From Eubacterium sp. (GTDB taxonomy: Bacteria > Bacillota > Clostridia > Lachnospirales > Lachnospiraceae), in assembly GCA_017938215.1 (NCBI GenBank), contig JAGBBZ010000034.1, positions 35,207 to 99,206 on the forward strand: a stretch of 64,000 nucleotides of DNA, read 5' to 3'. The translations under genes and the position numbers were made by a program. Below are positions 21,996-32,183 of the stretch, one piece after another. Each line of letters starts with the position of its first letter. The stretch's first letter is position 1. The notes under the pieces are model-generated. The model made no database searches. It was given only the letters and a program-made list of their open reading frames with translations, and was not told the DNA's origin.

Positions 21996-22946
21996 ATGAT
22001 GAAAAAAGCATTGATTATCGGTGGAGCCGGTTTTGTAGGAAAATATTTGGCAGAATATCTGGTAGGGGATTGCGGATATACCGTTGTTTCTACAAAAATG
22101 AAAAATGAAGTGTTGGATGCGGATGGATATGAAGTGGTGGACATGAACTTGCTTGTGAAAGAGGAAGTGGAAGCGGTACTTCGTGAATCCAATCCGGATT
22201 ATGTTTTTCATCTTGCGGCCCAAAGCTCCGTTGCTGTTTCGTGGTCAAATCCACAATTAACAGTAGATGTAAATATAAAGGGTACTCTGAATTTGTTAGA
22301 TGTTTGTAAGGAAATAGAATATAAGGGGAATGTACTGCTGATTGGTTCCGGAGAAGAGTATGGTAGAATTGATCCAGATCAGGTACCGATTACGGAAGAT
22401 ACAGTACTTCGCCCAGGAAATATATATGCGGCGACAAAAGGATGCCAGAATATGCTGGCTACCATTTATGCCAAGGCGTATAATCTAAATTTAATCATGG
22501 TTCGCGCCTTTAATCATGTGGGACCAAGGCAATCTCCACAGTTTGTTGTAGCGGATTTTTGTAAGCAGGTAGTGGAAGTGGAGAAGGGATTGCGTGAGCC
22601 TGTCATTCACGTGGGAAACTTGAAAGCAAAAAGAGATTTTACCGATGTTCGAGATGTGGTGGCTGCTTATGAGTGTTTGGTTCGCCAGGGAAAAGCAGGT
22701 GAGACCTACAACGTTGGTGCGGGAAATGCATATGAGATTCAGGAGATTTTAGATAAGATTATTGCGCTTTCTGGCAAGGACATAAAGGTGGAAGTTGAGA
22801 AGGAACGACTTCGACCAATCGATGTGCCGATTATTTCGGCGGATATTACGAAGATAACAGAGCAGACCGATTGGGAACGAAAAATCAGTCTGGAGCAGAC
22901 ACTTATCGATACATTGGATTATTGGAGAGAAAATATAGAAGCATAA
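21996..22946 (+). CDS. rmd: GDP-4-keto-6-deoxy-D-mannose reductase-like SDR (GDP-D-rhamnose forming)
   Basis: GGAGFVG, FHLAAQSSV..SW, IGSGEEYG, YAATK, RAFNHVGPRQ, GNL...RDFTDVRDVV.AY; directly after gmd. Lacks the GGI and LGSSCIYP motifs of fucose synthase (Fcl). Confidence 0.75.
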   Translation: MMKKALIIGGAGFVGKYLAEYLVGDCGYTVVSTKMKNEVLDADGYEVVDMNLLVKEEVEAVLRESNPDYVFHLAAQSSVAVSWSNPQLTVDVNIKGTLNLLDVCKEIEYKGNVLLIGSGEEYGRIDPDQVPITEDTVLRPGNIYAATKGCQNMLATIYAKAYNLNLIMVRAFNHVGPRQSPQFVVADFCKQVVEVEKGLREPVIHVGNLKAKRDFTDVRDVVAAYECLVRQGKAGETYNVGAGNAYEIQEILDKIIALSGKDIKVEVEKERLRPIDVPIISADITKITEQTDWERKISLEQTLIDTLDYWRENIEA

Positions 22947-22958
22947 GGAGGAATGGTT

Positions 22959-24632
22959 ATGGATATTATGGCAAATTATAAAAGATGGTTGGAGCAAGTA
23001 ACGGAAGCAGACTTGTTGGATGAGTTAAAGAGTGTTGAGGGAAATGAAGAGGAAATTAACGAACGCTTTTATCGCGAGTTGGAATTTGGTACGGGCGGAC
23101 TCCGTGGTGTCATCGGTGCAGGAACATACCGTATGAATATCTATATCGTAGCGAAAGCAACACAGGGATATAGTAACTATTTGAAAAAAGTGAAGGAAGA
23201 GCCTTCAGTGGCAATTGCTTATGATAGTCGTATTAAATCAGATATTTTTGCCATGACAGCAGCCAGTGTATTTGCAGCAAATGGCATTCAGGTTCATATT
23301 TATCAAGAATTGATGCCAACACCGGCGCTTTCTTATGCGGTTCGTGCGTTGAAATGTGACGGTGGTGTGGTTGTCACGGCCAGCCACAATCCTGCGAAAT
23401 ACAACGGTTATAAAGTGTATGGAGCAGATGGTTGTCAGATTACATTGGAAGTGGCAGAGGCGATTTTGGGTGAGATTGACAGCGTAGATGTTTTTGATGA
23501 TGTAAAGAAAATCGACTTTGAGGAAGGTCAGAACAAAGGCATGATTCACCTGATTGGTGAAGAGGTAGTTAGTGGATTTATCAATGCCGTTTCGGAGCGT
23601 GCTTTGAATCCAAAGGAGATTGATAAAGACGTTTCCATTGTATATACTCCATTGAATGGCGCGGGACGCTACTGTGTCACAAGATGTCTGAGGGAAAATG
23701 GTTACACACAGATTACCATTCCGACAGAGCAGGAAATGCCAGATGGTAACTTTACCACATGTCCATATCCAAACCCTGAGATTCGTGAAGCTTTGGAGGT
23801 TGGATTGAAAAAAGCCAAAGAAGTAGGAAGTGACCTTCTTCTTGCTACTGACCCTGACTGCGACCGTGTGGGTGTGGCAGTGAAAGATGGCAATGACTAT
23901 ACTTTGATTTCCGGAAATCAGATGGGAATCTTGTTGTTTGATTACATTTGTAAGACATATGTGGCAAATGATACCATGCCAAAGAACCCAGTGGCAGTTA
24001 CCACCATTGTGTCTACGAAAATGATTGATAAGATTGCTGCCGATTATGGTGTAGAAGTAAGACGTGTGTTGACTGGATTTAAGTTTATCGGAGAGCAGAT
24101 TGGATTTTTGGAAGCTGACGGTGAAGTGGATCGCTACATTTTTGGATTTGAGGAGAGCTATGGATATCTTAGTGGTGGTCATGTTCGTGATAAAGATGGT
24201 GTCAATGCAGCTCTTTTGATCTGCGAGATGTTTGCTCATTATAAAGCAAAAGGAATTTCTTTCGTGGATGCGTTACATGCATTGTACGAGAAGTATGGTT
24301 ACTTCAAAGAGGCATTGCAGTCCATTACTTTTGAAGGTGCCAGCGGGGCGAAGAAAATGGCAGAGCTTATGGATTCTCTTCGCAAGAACCCACCAGCAGA
24401 GATTGCAGGATTCAAAGTAGTTGGTGTAAAAGATTATGCACAGGGTGTAGGTGATTTACCAAAATCCAATGTATTAGAGTTTAATATGGAAAATGATGTA
24501 AATGTGCTGGTACGTCCATCTGGTACAGAGCCTAAAATTAAGATGTACTACTTGGTAAAAGGAGACAGCGAGAAAGCGGGTGCTGATATCGTGACATCCC
24601 TGGAGGCATATTTTACAGAGGTTTGTAAATAA
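22959..24632 (+). CDS. pgm: Phosphoglucomutase/phosphomannomutase
   Basis: FGTGGLRG, TASHNP, DPDCDR, FEESYG, RPSGTEPKIK. Alternative start at 22953. Confidence 0.93.
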   Translation: MDIMANYKRWLEQVTEADLLDELKSVEGNEEEINERFYRELEFGTGGLRGVIGAGTYRMNIYIVAKATQGYSNYLKKVKEEPSVAIAYDSRIKSDIFAMTAASVFAANGIQVHIYQELMPTPALSYAVRALKCDGGVVVTASHNPAKYNGYKVYGADGCQITLEVAEAILGEIDSVDVFDDVKKIDFEEGQNKGMIHLIGEEVVSGFINAVSERALNPKEIDKDVSIVYTPLNGAGRYCVTRCLRENGYTQITIPTEQEMPDGNFTTCPYPNPEIREALEVGLKKAKEVGSDLLLATDPDCDRVGVAVKDGNDYTLISGNQMGILLFDYICKTYVANDTMPKNPVAVTTIVSTKMIDKIAADYGVEVRRVLTGFKFIGEQIGFLEADGEVDRYIFGFEESYGYLSGGHVRDKDGVNAALLICEMFAHYKAKGISFVDALHALYEKYGYFKEALQSITFEGASGAKKMAELMDSLRKNPPAEIAGFKVVGVKDYAQGVGDLPKSNVLEFNMENDVNVLVRPSGTEPKIKMYYLVKGDSEKAGADIVTSLEAYFTEVCK

Positions 24633-24661
24633 TCGAATGGAATCAAGATAGGAGAGAGAAT

Positions 24662-25378
24662 ATGATATATGGTGTTGTACTGGCAGGTGGAGTTGGAAGC
24701 CGGATGGGAAACATAGGAAAGCCAAAGCAATATCTTCTCATCGGGGAGAAACCAATTCTAATTCACACGCTGGAGAAGTTTTATATGCAAAGTGAGTTTG
24801 AAAAGGTGTTGGTTTTGTGCCCGGCAGAATGGCTGAACCATACGAAAAATCTTATCAAGAAGTATGTGAAAGACACCGAGCGTGTTGTGGTGCTTCAAGG
24901 TGGAGATACACGAAATGAGACGATTATGAATGCCATTGACTATATCGAAGAGCAGGGGCATCTGGATGACGATACCATTATTGTGACTCACGATTCGGTG
25001 CGTCCATTTGTGACACAGCGTATATTAGAAGAAAATATTCGTTATGCCAAGGAATATGGCGCTTGTGATACTGCAGTGGCGGCTACGGATACCATTGTGT
25101 GTAGCGAGGATAATGTCATTATCAGCGATATTCCGGAGCGTAGAAAAATGTATCAGGGGCAGACACCTCAGACATTTAAAGCATTGAAGTTAAAGACATT
25201 ATATCATGCGTTATCGGAAGAAGAAAAAGCGCTTCTCACAGACGCTGCCAAGATTTTTGTCATGAAAGGCGAGAAAGTTCACATTGTGGACGGAGAAGTG
25301 TTCAATATTAAGATTACGTACCCTTATGATTTACGAGTGGCGGAAGCGTTGTTGAAAGGTGAAGAAGACGTATGTTAA
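24662..25378 (+). CDS. tarI: Ribitol-5-phosphate cytidylyltransferase (IspD/TarI family)
   Basis: LAGGVGSRM...PKQY, THDSVRPF, YQGQTPQTF, NIKIT..DL; overlaps tarJ. Confidence 0.88.
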   Translation: MIYGVVLAGGVGSRMGNIGKPKQYLLIGEKPILIHTLEKFYMQSEFEKVLVLCPAEWLNHTKNLIKKYVKDTERVVVLQGGDTRNETIMNAIDYIEEQGHLDDDTIIVTHDSVRPFVTQRILEENIRYAKEYGACDTAVAATDTIVCSEDNVIISDIPERRKMYQGQTPQTFKALKLKTLYHALSEEEKALLTDAAKIFVMKGEKVHIVDGEVFNIKITYPYDLRVAEALLKGEEDVC

Positions 25379-26406
25379 ATGCAGTGTATCGCTTGGTGGC
25401 ACCGAGACGATTTGAGATTGAATTTACCGATATTGATCTGTGTGGTGAAAAAGTGATTGTTCATCCGACGCATTTGTCTATTTGTAACGCAGATCAGAGA
25501 TATTATCAAGGAAAACGGGCGGAAGATATTTTAAAGGAAAAACTTCCAATGGCATTGATTCATGAGGGGATTGGTGAAATCGTGTATGATCCCAAGGGTG
25601 AATTCCGGCCAGGTGAAATGGTGGTTATGATTCCAAACACGCCAGTTTCCATCACAGAGGATGCGGAAGTAGAAATCGCGGAGAATTATCGTCGGGATTC
25701 TAAGTTTCGTGCCAGTGGTTTCGATGGTTTCATGCAGGATGTAGTGGATATGCGCCGAGATCGACTGGTTCGACTTCCGAAAGGGATGGATCCCCATGTG
25801 GCTGCATTTACGGAGATTGTATCGGTAAGTGTGCATGCGTTGCGTCGATTTGATAAAATTGCACATAAAAAGAGGGAAGCCATTGGCATTTGGGGCGATG
25901 GAAATCTTGGGTATATTACGGCGGTTTTCTGTAAGGCAATGTTCCCGGACAGTCGTTTGTATGTGTTTGGATTGGATCGAGATAAGTTGTCAGATTTTTC
26001 CTTTGCGGAGGAAACCTTTCGAGTTACCAATGTTCCGGAAGGCTTGTATCTGGATCATGCATTTGAGTGTGTGGGAGGCGAAGGAGCGCCGAAGGCGATT
26101 AATCAGATTATTGATATTATCCAGCCAGAGGGCACCATATCCATTTTGGGGGTATCGGAGAACCCTGTGGCGATAAATACACGTATGATTTTGGAAAAAG
26201 GACTTCGCGTGTTCGGAAGTAGCCGAAGTGGTCGAGAAGATTTTGAAAAGACCATCGAATTGTATGAGGAGAACCCGGAAATCGTGGAGTATTTGAAAAA
26301 TGTGGTGGGTGCAGTGTTCAAGGTCCGGACGATAGAAGATATGAAACGGGCATTTGAGGCTGACATTCATAAAGAGTTTGGAAAAACAATTATGGAATGG
26401 ATGTAA
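25372..26406 (+). CDS. tarJ: Ribulose-5-phosphate reductase (Zn-dependent, TarJ)
   Basis: SICNADQRYYQG.R, KLPMALIHE, WGDGNLGYIT, DHAFECVGG, LEKGL...GSSRSG. Confidence 0.9.
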   Translation: MLNAVYRLVAPRRFEIEFTDIDLCGEKVIVHPTHLSICNADQRYYQGKRAEDILKEKLPMALIHEGIGEIVYDPKGEFRPGEMVVMIPNTPVSITEDAEVEIAENYRRDSKFRASGFDGFMQDVVDMRRDRLVRLPKGMDPHVAAFTEIVSVSVHALRRFDKIAHKKREAIGIWGDGNLGYITAVFCKAMFPDSRLYVFGLDRDKLSDFSFAEETFRVTNVPEGLYLDHAFECVGGEGAPKAINQIIDIIQPEGTISILGVSENPVAINTRMILEKGLRVFGSSRSGREDFEKTIELYEENPEIVEYLKNVVGAVFKVRTIEDMKRAFEADIHKEFGKTIMEWM

Positions 26407-26425
26407 AGTAGTTTTGGAGGTACAG

Positions 26426-28456
26426 ATGAAATACGGTGGTTTTTTTGTCAACGACTTTTGGAAGAGCGGAGATAAGCTCTGTCTGAAATGTGCGCAGGAG
26501 ATACCCGCAGTGGAAGATTTTGCGATTGTCTTGGTTGACGTGCAGACAAAAAAAGAAATACTGTTTTCTCAGGCAGATATTGCAGTTTCAGAAGATATGA
26601 TTGAGCTGACGATTACGACAGTTCTAGAACAATTGCTTTCGGAAGAGGGTAGATGGGAAGTATACCTAAGAACGGAAAAGATGATGTATCGCTTTGAAAC
26701 GGTGATGAATAAAGGACGTAAGCGTTATCCAAATGGGAAAAAGGTAATTCCATATAAAGTGAAAAAAAGCAAAAATCCGTATGATATGTCAAGTCAGGTA
26801 AAGGATGCTTTTGGAGGACAGGGGAAAGAACTGTCCCTTTTGCCACGCTTTACCAAAGATGGGCAGATGATGTTTCAAGTTCTTTCGACACGATATATTT
26901 ATTTGTATCGTTACTTTTTAAAAGTCGAAAAATTGTACCTAGAGGATGGTAAGATTACCTTAGTGCTTGGAAAAGAGACTTTTGGATTTCATGTAAAGCG
27001 AGTGAAATTATATCTTCGTGGTGCAACAACGAGAGAGTACTATTTGGAGAAAATTAGCGATTCCGTATATCAGATTTCTTTGGATGATGTGGATTGGCAT
27101 CCGTTTTTCTGGGATTTCTTTGCGGAAGTGGAGAAGGATGGAGTAGAGTACAAATTCCGCCTTCGAAATTATAAAAAAGGATTTGGTGGCAGTATACGGC
27201 AGCGCATGGGAGATAATTATCTCTTTTCTTATCATACTCAAAATGATAATATTATTTTATATTATCGTCCATACAGTGAATACGATGCGGAGAAATACCG
27301 CAGACGAGAGAAATTGGCAGTACTTTTGTATCGTATGTTCAAGCCGTTTTGGGATATGCGAGGAATCGTGCTTTTGTATGAGAAGTTTTGTAAATGTGCA
27401 CAGGACAATGCTTACTATATGTTCTTGTATTATATGAATAAAGGTGGACGAGATAAGCGAAATACGTATTATGTTATTGACCCAAGAGAGCCGGATGTAA
27501 AACAACTGGAAGGATATGAAAAAAATGTGTTGAAGTTTATGAGTCTGCGACATATGATTTACCTTCAGGCGGCGAAACTTCTTATGTCTACAGATTCCAT
27601 CAAGCATGCTTATCAATGGCGTGGTATTAATACACCGATTTATAATAAAATGGTAACGAAGAAGAGTGTCTTTTTGCAACACGGTGTTATGGCATTGAAA
27701 AAAGTGGAGTATATTTATCGGAAATCTGGTGGCAATAAAACAGATCTTTTCATTGCATCTTCGCCGATTGAACAGAAGATTATTTCAGAATATTTTCGAT
27801 ATCGTAAGCAAGAAATTCCAATTACAGGGCTTGCCCGTTGGGATGCATTGAAGGATAAACAGAAAGAGAATATTATTTTGTTTATGCCTACTTGGCGTAA
27901 TTGGATCATGGAAGTGGGAACAGAACAGTTTCTACAGACAGAGTACTATCAGGCATATATGGAGATTCTAGGTTCGAAGCGCTTGGAGACGATGCTAAAG
28001 CAATATAATACAAAGATGGTATTTTGTATGCATCCAAAGTTCCGCGAGTTTATCGGCGAGTTTAAGACGGCAGGGGAACATATTCAGCTCTTTGATTATA
28101 GCAGTAAACCGATTAATGAGCAGATTATGGAAGCGTCCATGATGGTTACGGATTATAGTAGTGTTTCCTGGGATATGTATTATCTCGGCAAACCGGTGAT
28201 CTTTTACCAATTTGACTATGATCGTTATATGGAAGTACAAGGAAGCTATATCGATATGACCAAAGATCTTTTTGGTGATCGAGTGCTTACCAGTGATGAA
28301 TTGATGGAGCAGTTGGAATACTATATGTCTAACGGCTTTAAGGAAAAATCAAAATATGCGGATATGCGTGATGAATTTCTGCCATGTCGTGATGGTCAGC
28401 ATTGTAAACGAATTGATCAGGCGATACAGACACGTTTATTCACGGAGGAGTCCTAA
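26426..28456 (+). CDS. CDP-polyol phosphotransferase (TagF/TarF family) with long N-terminal extension
   Basis: AQDN, FLQHGV, TGLARWD, FMPTWR, MHPKF, TDYSSVSWD, FYQFD; GGAGG RBS before 26426. Confidence 0.85.
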   Translation: MKYGGFFVNDFWKSGDKLCLKCAQEIPAVEDFAIVLVDVQTKKEILFSQADIAVSEDMIELTITTVLEQLLSEEGRWEVYLRTEKMMYRFETVMNKGRKRYPNGKKVIPYKVKKSKNPYDMSSQVKDAFGGQGKELSLLPRFTKDGQMMFQVLSTRYIYLYRYFLKVEKLYLEDGKITLVLGKETFGFHVKRVKLYLRGATTREYYLEKISDSVYQISLDDVDWHPFFWDFFAEVEKDGVEYKFRLRNYKKGFGGSIRQRMGDNYLFSYHTQNDNIILYYRPYSEYDAEKYRRREKLAVLLYRMFKPFWDMRGIVLLYEKFCKCAQDNAYYMFLYYMNKGGRDKRNTYYVIDPREPDVKQLEGYEKNVLKFMSLRHMIYLQAAKLLMSTDSIKHAYQWRGINTPIYNKMVTKKSVFLQHGVMALKKVEYIYRKSGGNKTDLFIASSPIEQKIISEYFRYRKQEIPITGLARWDALKDKQKENIILFMPTWRNWIMEVGTEQFLQTEYYQAYMEILGSKRLETMLKQYNTKMVFCMHPKFREFIGEFKTAGEHIQLFDYSSKPINEQIMEASMMVTDYSSVSWDMYYLGKPVIFYQFDYDRYMEVQGSYIDMTKDLFGDRVLTSDELMEQLEYYMSNGFKEKSKYADMRDEFLPCRDGQHCKRIDQAIQTRLFTEES

Positions 28457-30891
28457 TGAAAGAAATTGTTAGCATTTCCTTTGAGGAGAATGGAAAATTA
28501 ACTTGGGTGCTGAGTGAAAGCGCCCAAGACCAGTTTGAAAGAGTTTTTCTTTATGATGAGAAGGAAGAGAAAGAAGTAACGGATACAAAGAGTTTAGTAA
28601 ATCGTAATTTAACTCTTCGGGGCCAAAAGAAAAATGGTACTGTTGTATGCTTGCAGGCGACAGATACGCTTTATGAAACCTTGAGAAGTACATGGTTTGA
28701 TGCAGAAAGTGGCATACATTATTTTGCTCAAAAAGGAAATGAAGGTCAATTTTTCCTGTCCATATGGCGGACGGGGAGTAGAAAAATAAAAAAAGGTGGG
28801 TACTTTTTAGAGCGCGTGGATGTGGACAAGGATCGGTTGACGTTTCATGCGCTTGATTCGCATTTTCTGGCAAAGGATATGGAAATCATGCTTTGGAACA
28901 AAAAGGCACAGAGAAGGATTTCAGTGCCAGTAGATTCGAAAGCATGCTTTGAGGGTGAACTTGTGCTAGATCTTTCTGCTTGGAAGGATGAGCTTGCGAA
29001 GGAGCGAACTCGTTGGGATGTTATGCTTCGAGTTCGAGAAATGGACAATCGTCTGGGCCTTTATCGAATGGAACATAAGAGCAATTGTAAGCGACGTCGC
29101 GCAGCGAATGCCCTTATGTTTCATAAGCCGAGAAAGGTTGTGCAAGGAGCGGATTGCCCAGAACGCTTTTTGACACCAATTCCGGTACAGGTGATGGAGG
29201 CGGGGGAACCACTTGTATTGTCGCCAAATTACAATGAAGAAATGCAGCTATCTTTGCAAGGCGTGTTGCAGAAAAAGGCGTATATCAGAGCGTTTCATGA
29301 GAAGATTACGAAAGTTGAACTGACGGAGGAAACGTTGACGGTTCAGATTTGGTGTAAAAACAGGGGGTTTCAAATAAAAGGACTTTCAGCAGTGTTACAA
29401 GATGATAGCGCGGTAGTGCATCCGTTTCAGGAATTGGATCGAATCGCGAAGGGGGACGGAATTCTTGTTACGTATCAGTGTGTCCTTACGGAGACCAATT
29501 GGCAACCGGTTTCCTATCATTTTGTGTTAGAGGAAGAGAAGGATGGTGTTTGCTATGACATCCGTCCTCGTAATGTTAGTAAGAGATTTCGCAACCAATT
29601 TTATCGACTGTCCAAGAAAAATTGGGCAGAATTAGATGATAAAATCTTGATTATACTGTCTACCAAGATAGGAAATTTGATGATTCGATATCGCGATAAG
29701 ACGATTTATGATGAGATAGAATATCGAAAACGGGAAAGAAAGGCACGACTTTTGTACTTACTTGGAAAACCAATTTGGGATCGCAAAAACATTATTTTGA
29801 TGTGTGAGAGATTCTCTACGGCTGCTCAAGATAATGGATTTCAAATGTTTAAGTATTATATGGAGCAAGGCAGAAAGAACGTATTTTACGTGATTCGCTA
29901 TGATATGCCGGATTATCAGAAAGTGGCGGAGTACGGTGATCAGGTGCTGGAATTTATGTCACTTCGGCATATGATATATGTACAGGCGGCAAAAGTTATT
30001 GTTTCAACGGATACAAAGAAGCATGTATTTCATTGGCAGGGACCGTGTAGTCGAATTGCAGATGTTTTGTTAATGAAACCAATTGTCTTTTTGCAGCATG
30101 GTGTTTTGGCCATGAAAAAGGTAAGCAGGATTTATGATCGAAATCGTTCCAATGCGGCAGATTTGTTTATTACAAGCTCTGAATTGGAGAAAAAATTTGT
30201 AAATGAATCGTTTCATTATGAACCGGAGCGTATTGCGGTAACTGGGTTGGCAAGATGGGATGTGCTTATTGACAAGTCTGAGGAGCAAGAAGAGAAGGAG
30301 ATTTTGTTTATTCCTACGTGGCGTTCTTGGATGGATAACATATCCAAAGAGGATTTTCTGAAATCAGAATATTATCATGTGTACAAAGAAATTTTGGAAT
30401 CAAAACGTCTGGAGCAGATGTTGAAAGAGTATAATTTGCGGATGGTATTTTGTATGCATCATAAGTTCCGTGAGTTTGCAGGAGAATTTTCAGTAGCCAG
30501 TGAGCGGATTGAACGATTTGATTTTGGAGATACACCAGTGAATGAACTAATTATGCGGTCATCTTGTCTGGTAACGGATTATTCTAGTGTGGCATGGGAT
30601 TCTTATTATCTTGGCAAGCCTTGTATCTTTTATCAGTTTGACTATGAGAAGTATATGGAGCTTCAAGGTAGCTATTTTGATATGGAGAAGGAATTGTTTG
30701 GAGTGCGGGTGACGGAACAGGAGAGACTTTTTGATGCAATAGAAGAGTGTGTTAAAAGTGGATTTAGCGAAAAGGAAGAGTATGCAAAATTGCGTGAATA
30801 CTATCTTCCATATCGTGACCGCAAGCATAGAGAGCGTATTGATAAAATGATTCAGCAAATGAAGTTTAATGGGAAGACGGAAGTGCTATAA
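28456..30891 (+). CDS. CDP-polyol phosphotransferase (TagF/TarF family), paralog of the upstream gene
   Basis: AQDNG, FLQHGV, TGLARWD, FIPTWR, MHHKF, TDYSSVAWD; translationally coupled (TAATG). Confidence 0.85.
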   Translation: MKEIVSISFEENGKLTWVLSESAQDQFERVFLYDEKEEKEVTDTKSLVNRNLTLRGQKKNGTVVCLQATDTLYETLRSTWFDAESGIHYFAQKGNEGQFFLSIWRTGSRKIKKGGYFLERVDVDKDRLTFHALDSHFLAKDMEIMLWNKKAQRRISVPVDSKACFEGELVLDLSAWKDELAKERTRWDVMLRVREMDNRLGLYRMEHKSNCKRRRAANALMFHKPRKVVQGADCPERFLTPIPVQVMEAGEPLVLSPNYNEEMQLSLQGVLQKKAYIRAFHEKITKVELTEETLTVQIWCKNRGFQIKGLSAVLQDDSAVVHPFQELDRIAKGDGILVTYQCVLTETNWQPVSYHFVLEEEKDGVCYDIRPRNVSKRFRNQFYRLSKKNWAELDDKILIILSTKIGNLMIRYRDKTIYDEIEYRKRERKARLLYLLGKPIWDRKNIILMCERFSTAAQDNGFQMFKYYMEQGRKNVFYVIRYDMPDYQKVAEYGDQVLEFMSLRHMIYVQAAKVIVSTDTKKHVFHWQGPCSRIADVLLMKPIVFLQHGVLAMKKVSRIYDRNRSNAADLFITSSELEKKFVNESFHYEPERIAVTGLARWDVLIDKSEEQEEKEILFIPTWRSWMDNISKEDFLKSEYYHVYKEILESKRLEQMLKEYNLRMVFCMHHKFREFAGEFSVASERIERFDFGDTPVNELIMRSSCLVTDYSSVAWDSYYLGKPCIFYQFDYEKYMELQGSYFDMEKELFGVRVTEQERLFDAIEECVKSGFSEKEEYAKLREYYLPYRDRKHRERIDKMIQQMKFNGKTEVL

Positions 30892-30901
30892 GGAGGAAGC
30901 G

Positions 30902-31855
30902 ATGAAAGAAAACAGTATTTTGTATTTGGTGGTTCCTTGTTATAATGAGGAAGAAGTTTTGGATGAAACAACAAAAAGGTTAAATCAGAAACTAACAGAT
31001 CTGGTTTCGGCGGGGAAAGTTAGTCCGGAAAGTCGTATTATCTATGTGAATGATGGGTCGAAGGATCAGACTTGGATGATCATTTCACGTTTGCATGAGG
31101 AGTATCCATATGTGAATGGATTGAATTTGTCACGAAATCGTGGACATCAAAATGCTGTATTGGCTGGTTTGATGTACGCAAAGGAACATGCGGATGTAGC
31201 AATTTCTTTGGATGCGGATTTGCAGGATGATGTGGATGCGATTGATGAGATGGTGGAAAAATATTATGCTGGCAATGACGTGGTGTATGGTGTGCGAAGC
31301 AGTCGAAAGAAGGATACTTTTTTTAAGAAGACTACAGCAGAAGGTTTTTATAAAATGATGAGTTGGATGGGGGTTGATATCGTATTTAACCATGCTGACT
31401 ATCGTTTGATGAGCAGGCGGGTATTGGAGCAACTGGGAAATTACAAGGAAGTTCATTTGTTCTTACGAGGTATGATTCCGTTGATTGGTTACCCTTCGGA
31501 TACGGTATATTATGAGAGACATGAAAGATTTGCTGGGGAGAGTAAATATCCGTTAAAGAAAATGCTTGCGTTTGCTTTTGATGGAATTTCATCCTTTAGT
31601 GTGAAGCCGATTCGCTTCATCGTATGGCTTGGGTTTACGGTGTTTTTAATTAGTATTGCCATGCTGATTTACTCTGTTGTCCGTCATGTTATGGGACATA
31701 CGGTGCTTGGTTGGAGTAGTTTGATCGTATCCATCTGGGCGCTGGGAGGATTGCAGCTGTTGTCCATCGGAGTGATCGGAGAGTACATCGGAAAGGTGTA
31801 TATGGAGACAAAAGGCCGTCCGAAGTATGTGATACAGGATGTTTTGGAAAAGTAG
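30902..31855 (+). CDS. GT2 GtrB/YkoT-type polyprenol-phosphate glycosyltransferase
   Basis: VVPCYNEEE, VNDGSKD, SRNRGHQNA, DADLQDD, NHADYRL, FLRG, GEYIGKVY.ETK.RP; two TM helices. Confidence 0.9.
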   Translation: MKENSILYLVVPCYNEEEVLDETTKRLNQKLTDLVSAGKVSPESRIIYVNDGSKDQTWMIISRLHEEYPYVNGLNLSRNRGHQNAVLAGLMYAKEHADVAISLDADLQDDVDAIDEMVEKYYAGNDVVYGVRSSRKKDTFFKKTTAEGFYKMMSWMGVDIVFNHADYRLMSRRVLEQLGNYKEVHLFLRGMIPLIGYPSDTVYYERHERFAGESKYPLKKMLAFAFDGISSFSVKPIRFIVWLGFTVFLISIAMLIYSVVRHVMGHTVLGWSSLIVSIWALGGLQLLSIGVIGEYIGKVYMETKGRPKYVIQDVLEK

Positions 31856-32016
31856 AATATAGAAACAAATTGACGGTATGTTTTACCATGCAGAACACAC
31901 TCGCGTTCGAACAAAATCGTAACGGTACTAAATTCGCAGCAAGCTGCTTATTAAGTGCCGACGTTTTTGTACGGTTCTGACTGGTAAAACATGCCGTCAA
32001 TTTTTTGTTTTATATT
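31856..32016. repeat. About 160-nt rod-like imperfect palindrome (REP/MITE-like element or structured RNA)
   Basis: 22-nt arms 31867-31888 and 31982-32003 (21/22 match, one T.G) enclosing nested stems CAGAAC/GTTCTG, ACAAAA/TTTTGT, CGT/ACG, CGGTACT/AGTGCCG, GCAGC-AA-GCTGC. Confidence 0.75.
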
Positions 32017-32106
32017 TTGCTTTTCCAAAAGATATAGTTGTGCAGGGGGAGTTAACTTCTAGTTGTGTAAATGCCAGATATATCAAAAATCGTGCTTTAT
32101 GCGTCA

Positions 32107-32135
32107 TTGTAAATAACGAAAAATAGAGCTATTCT
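32107..32135 (+). promoter_or_regulatory. Putative promoter of the GH43 gene
   Basis: TTGTAA-17 nt-TATTCT. Upstream TCA motifs 21 nt apart (32083 and 32104) abut the -35, a spacing typical of AraC-family half-sites (inference). Confidence 0.4.
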
Positions 32136-32183
32136 CTCTTTAAGAAACGTGATTAATCAAATCGCAAGAAGGAGGTAATGGAT

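Noticed and set aside
21996-22946. GDP-L-fucose synthase (fcl) after gmd
   Set aside because: Lacks Fcl motifs (VGGI, LGSSCIYP); the motifs fit the Rmd/Gmd-like SDR subgroup
24662-25378. MEP-pathway ispD
   Set aside because: Overlap with tarJ and the polymer context favour TarI
31689-32000. 103-aa minus-strand ORF across the long palindrome (possible toxin or leader peptide)
   Set aside because: No RBS or hydrophobic toxin-like helix; half of it is antisense to the GT2 gene
31867-32003. Invertible promoter switch bounded by 22-bp inverted repeats
   Set aside because: The interior is itself palindromic, I found no convincing promoter inside, and no recombinase is in the window; read-orientation data would be needed to exclude it fully
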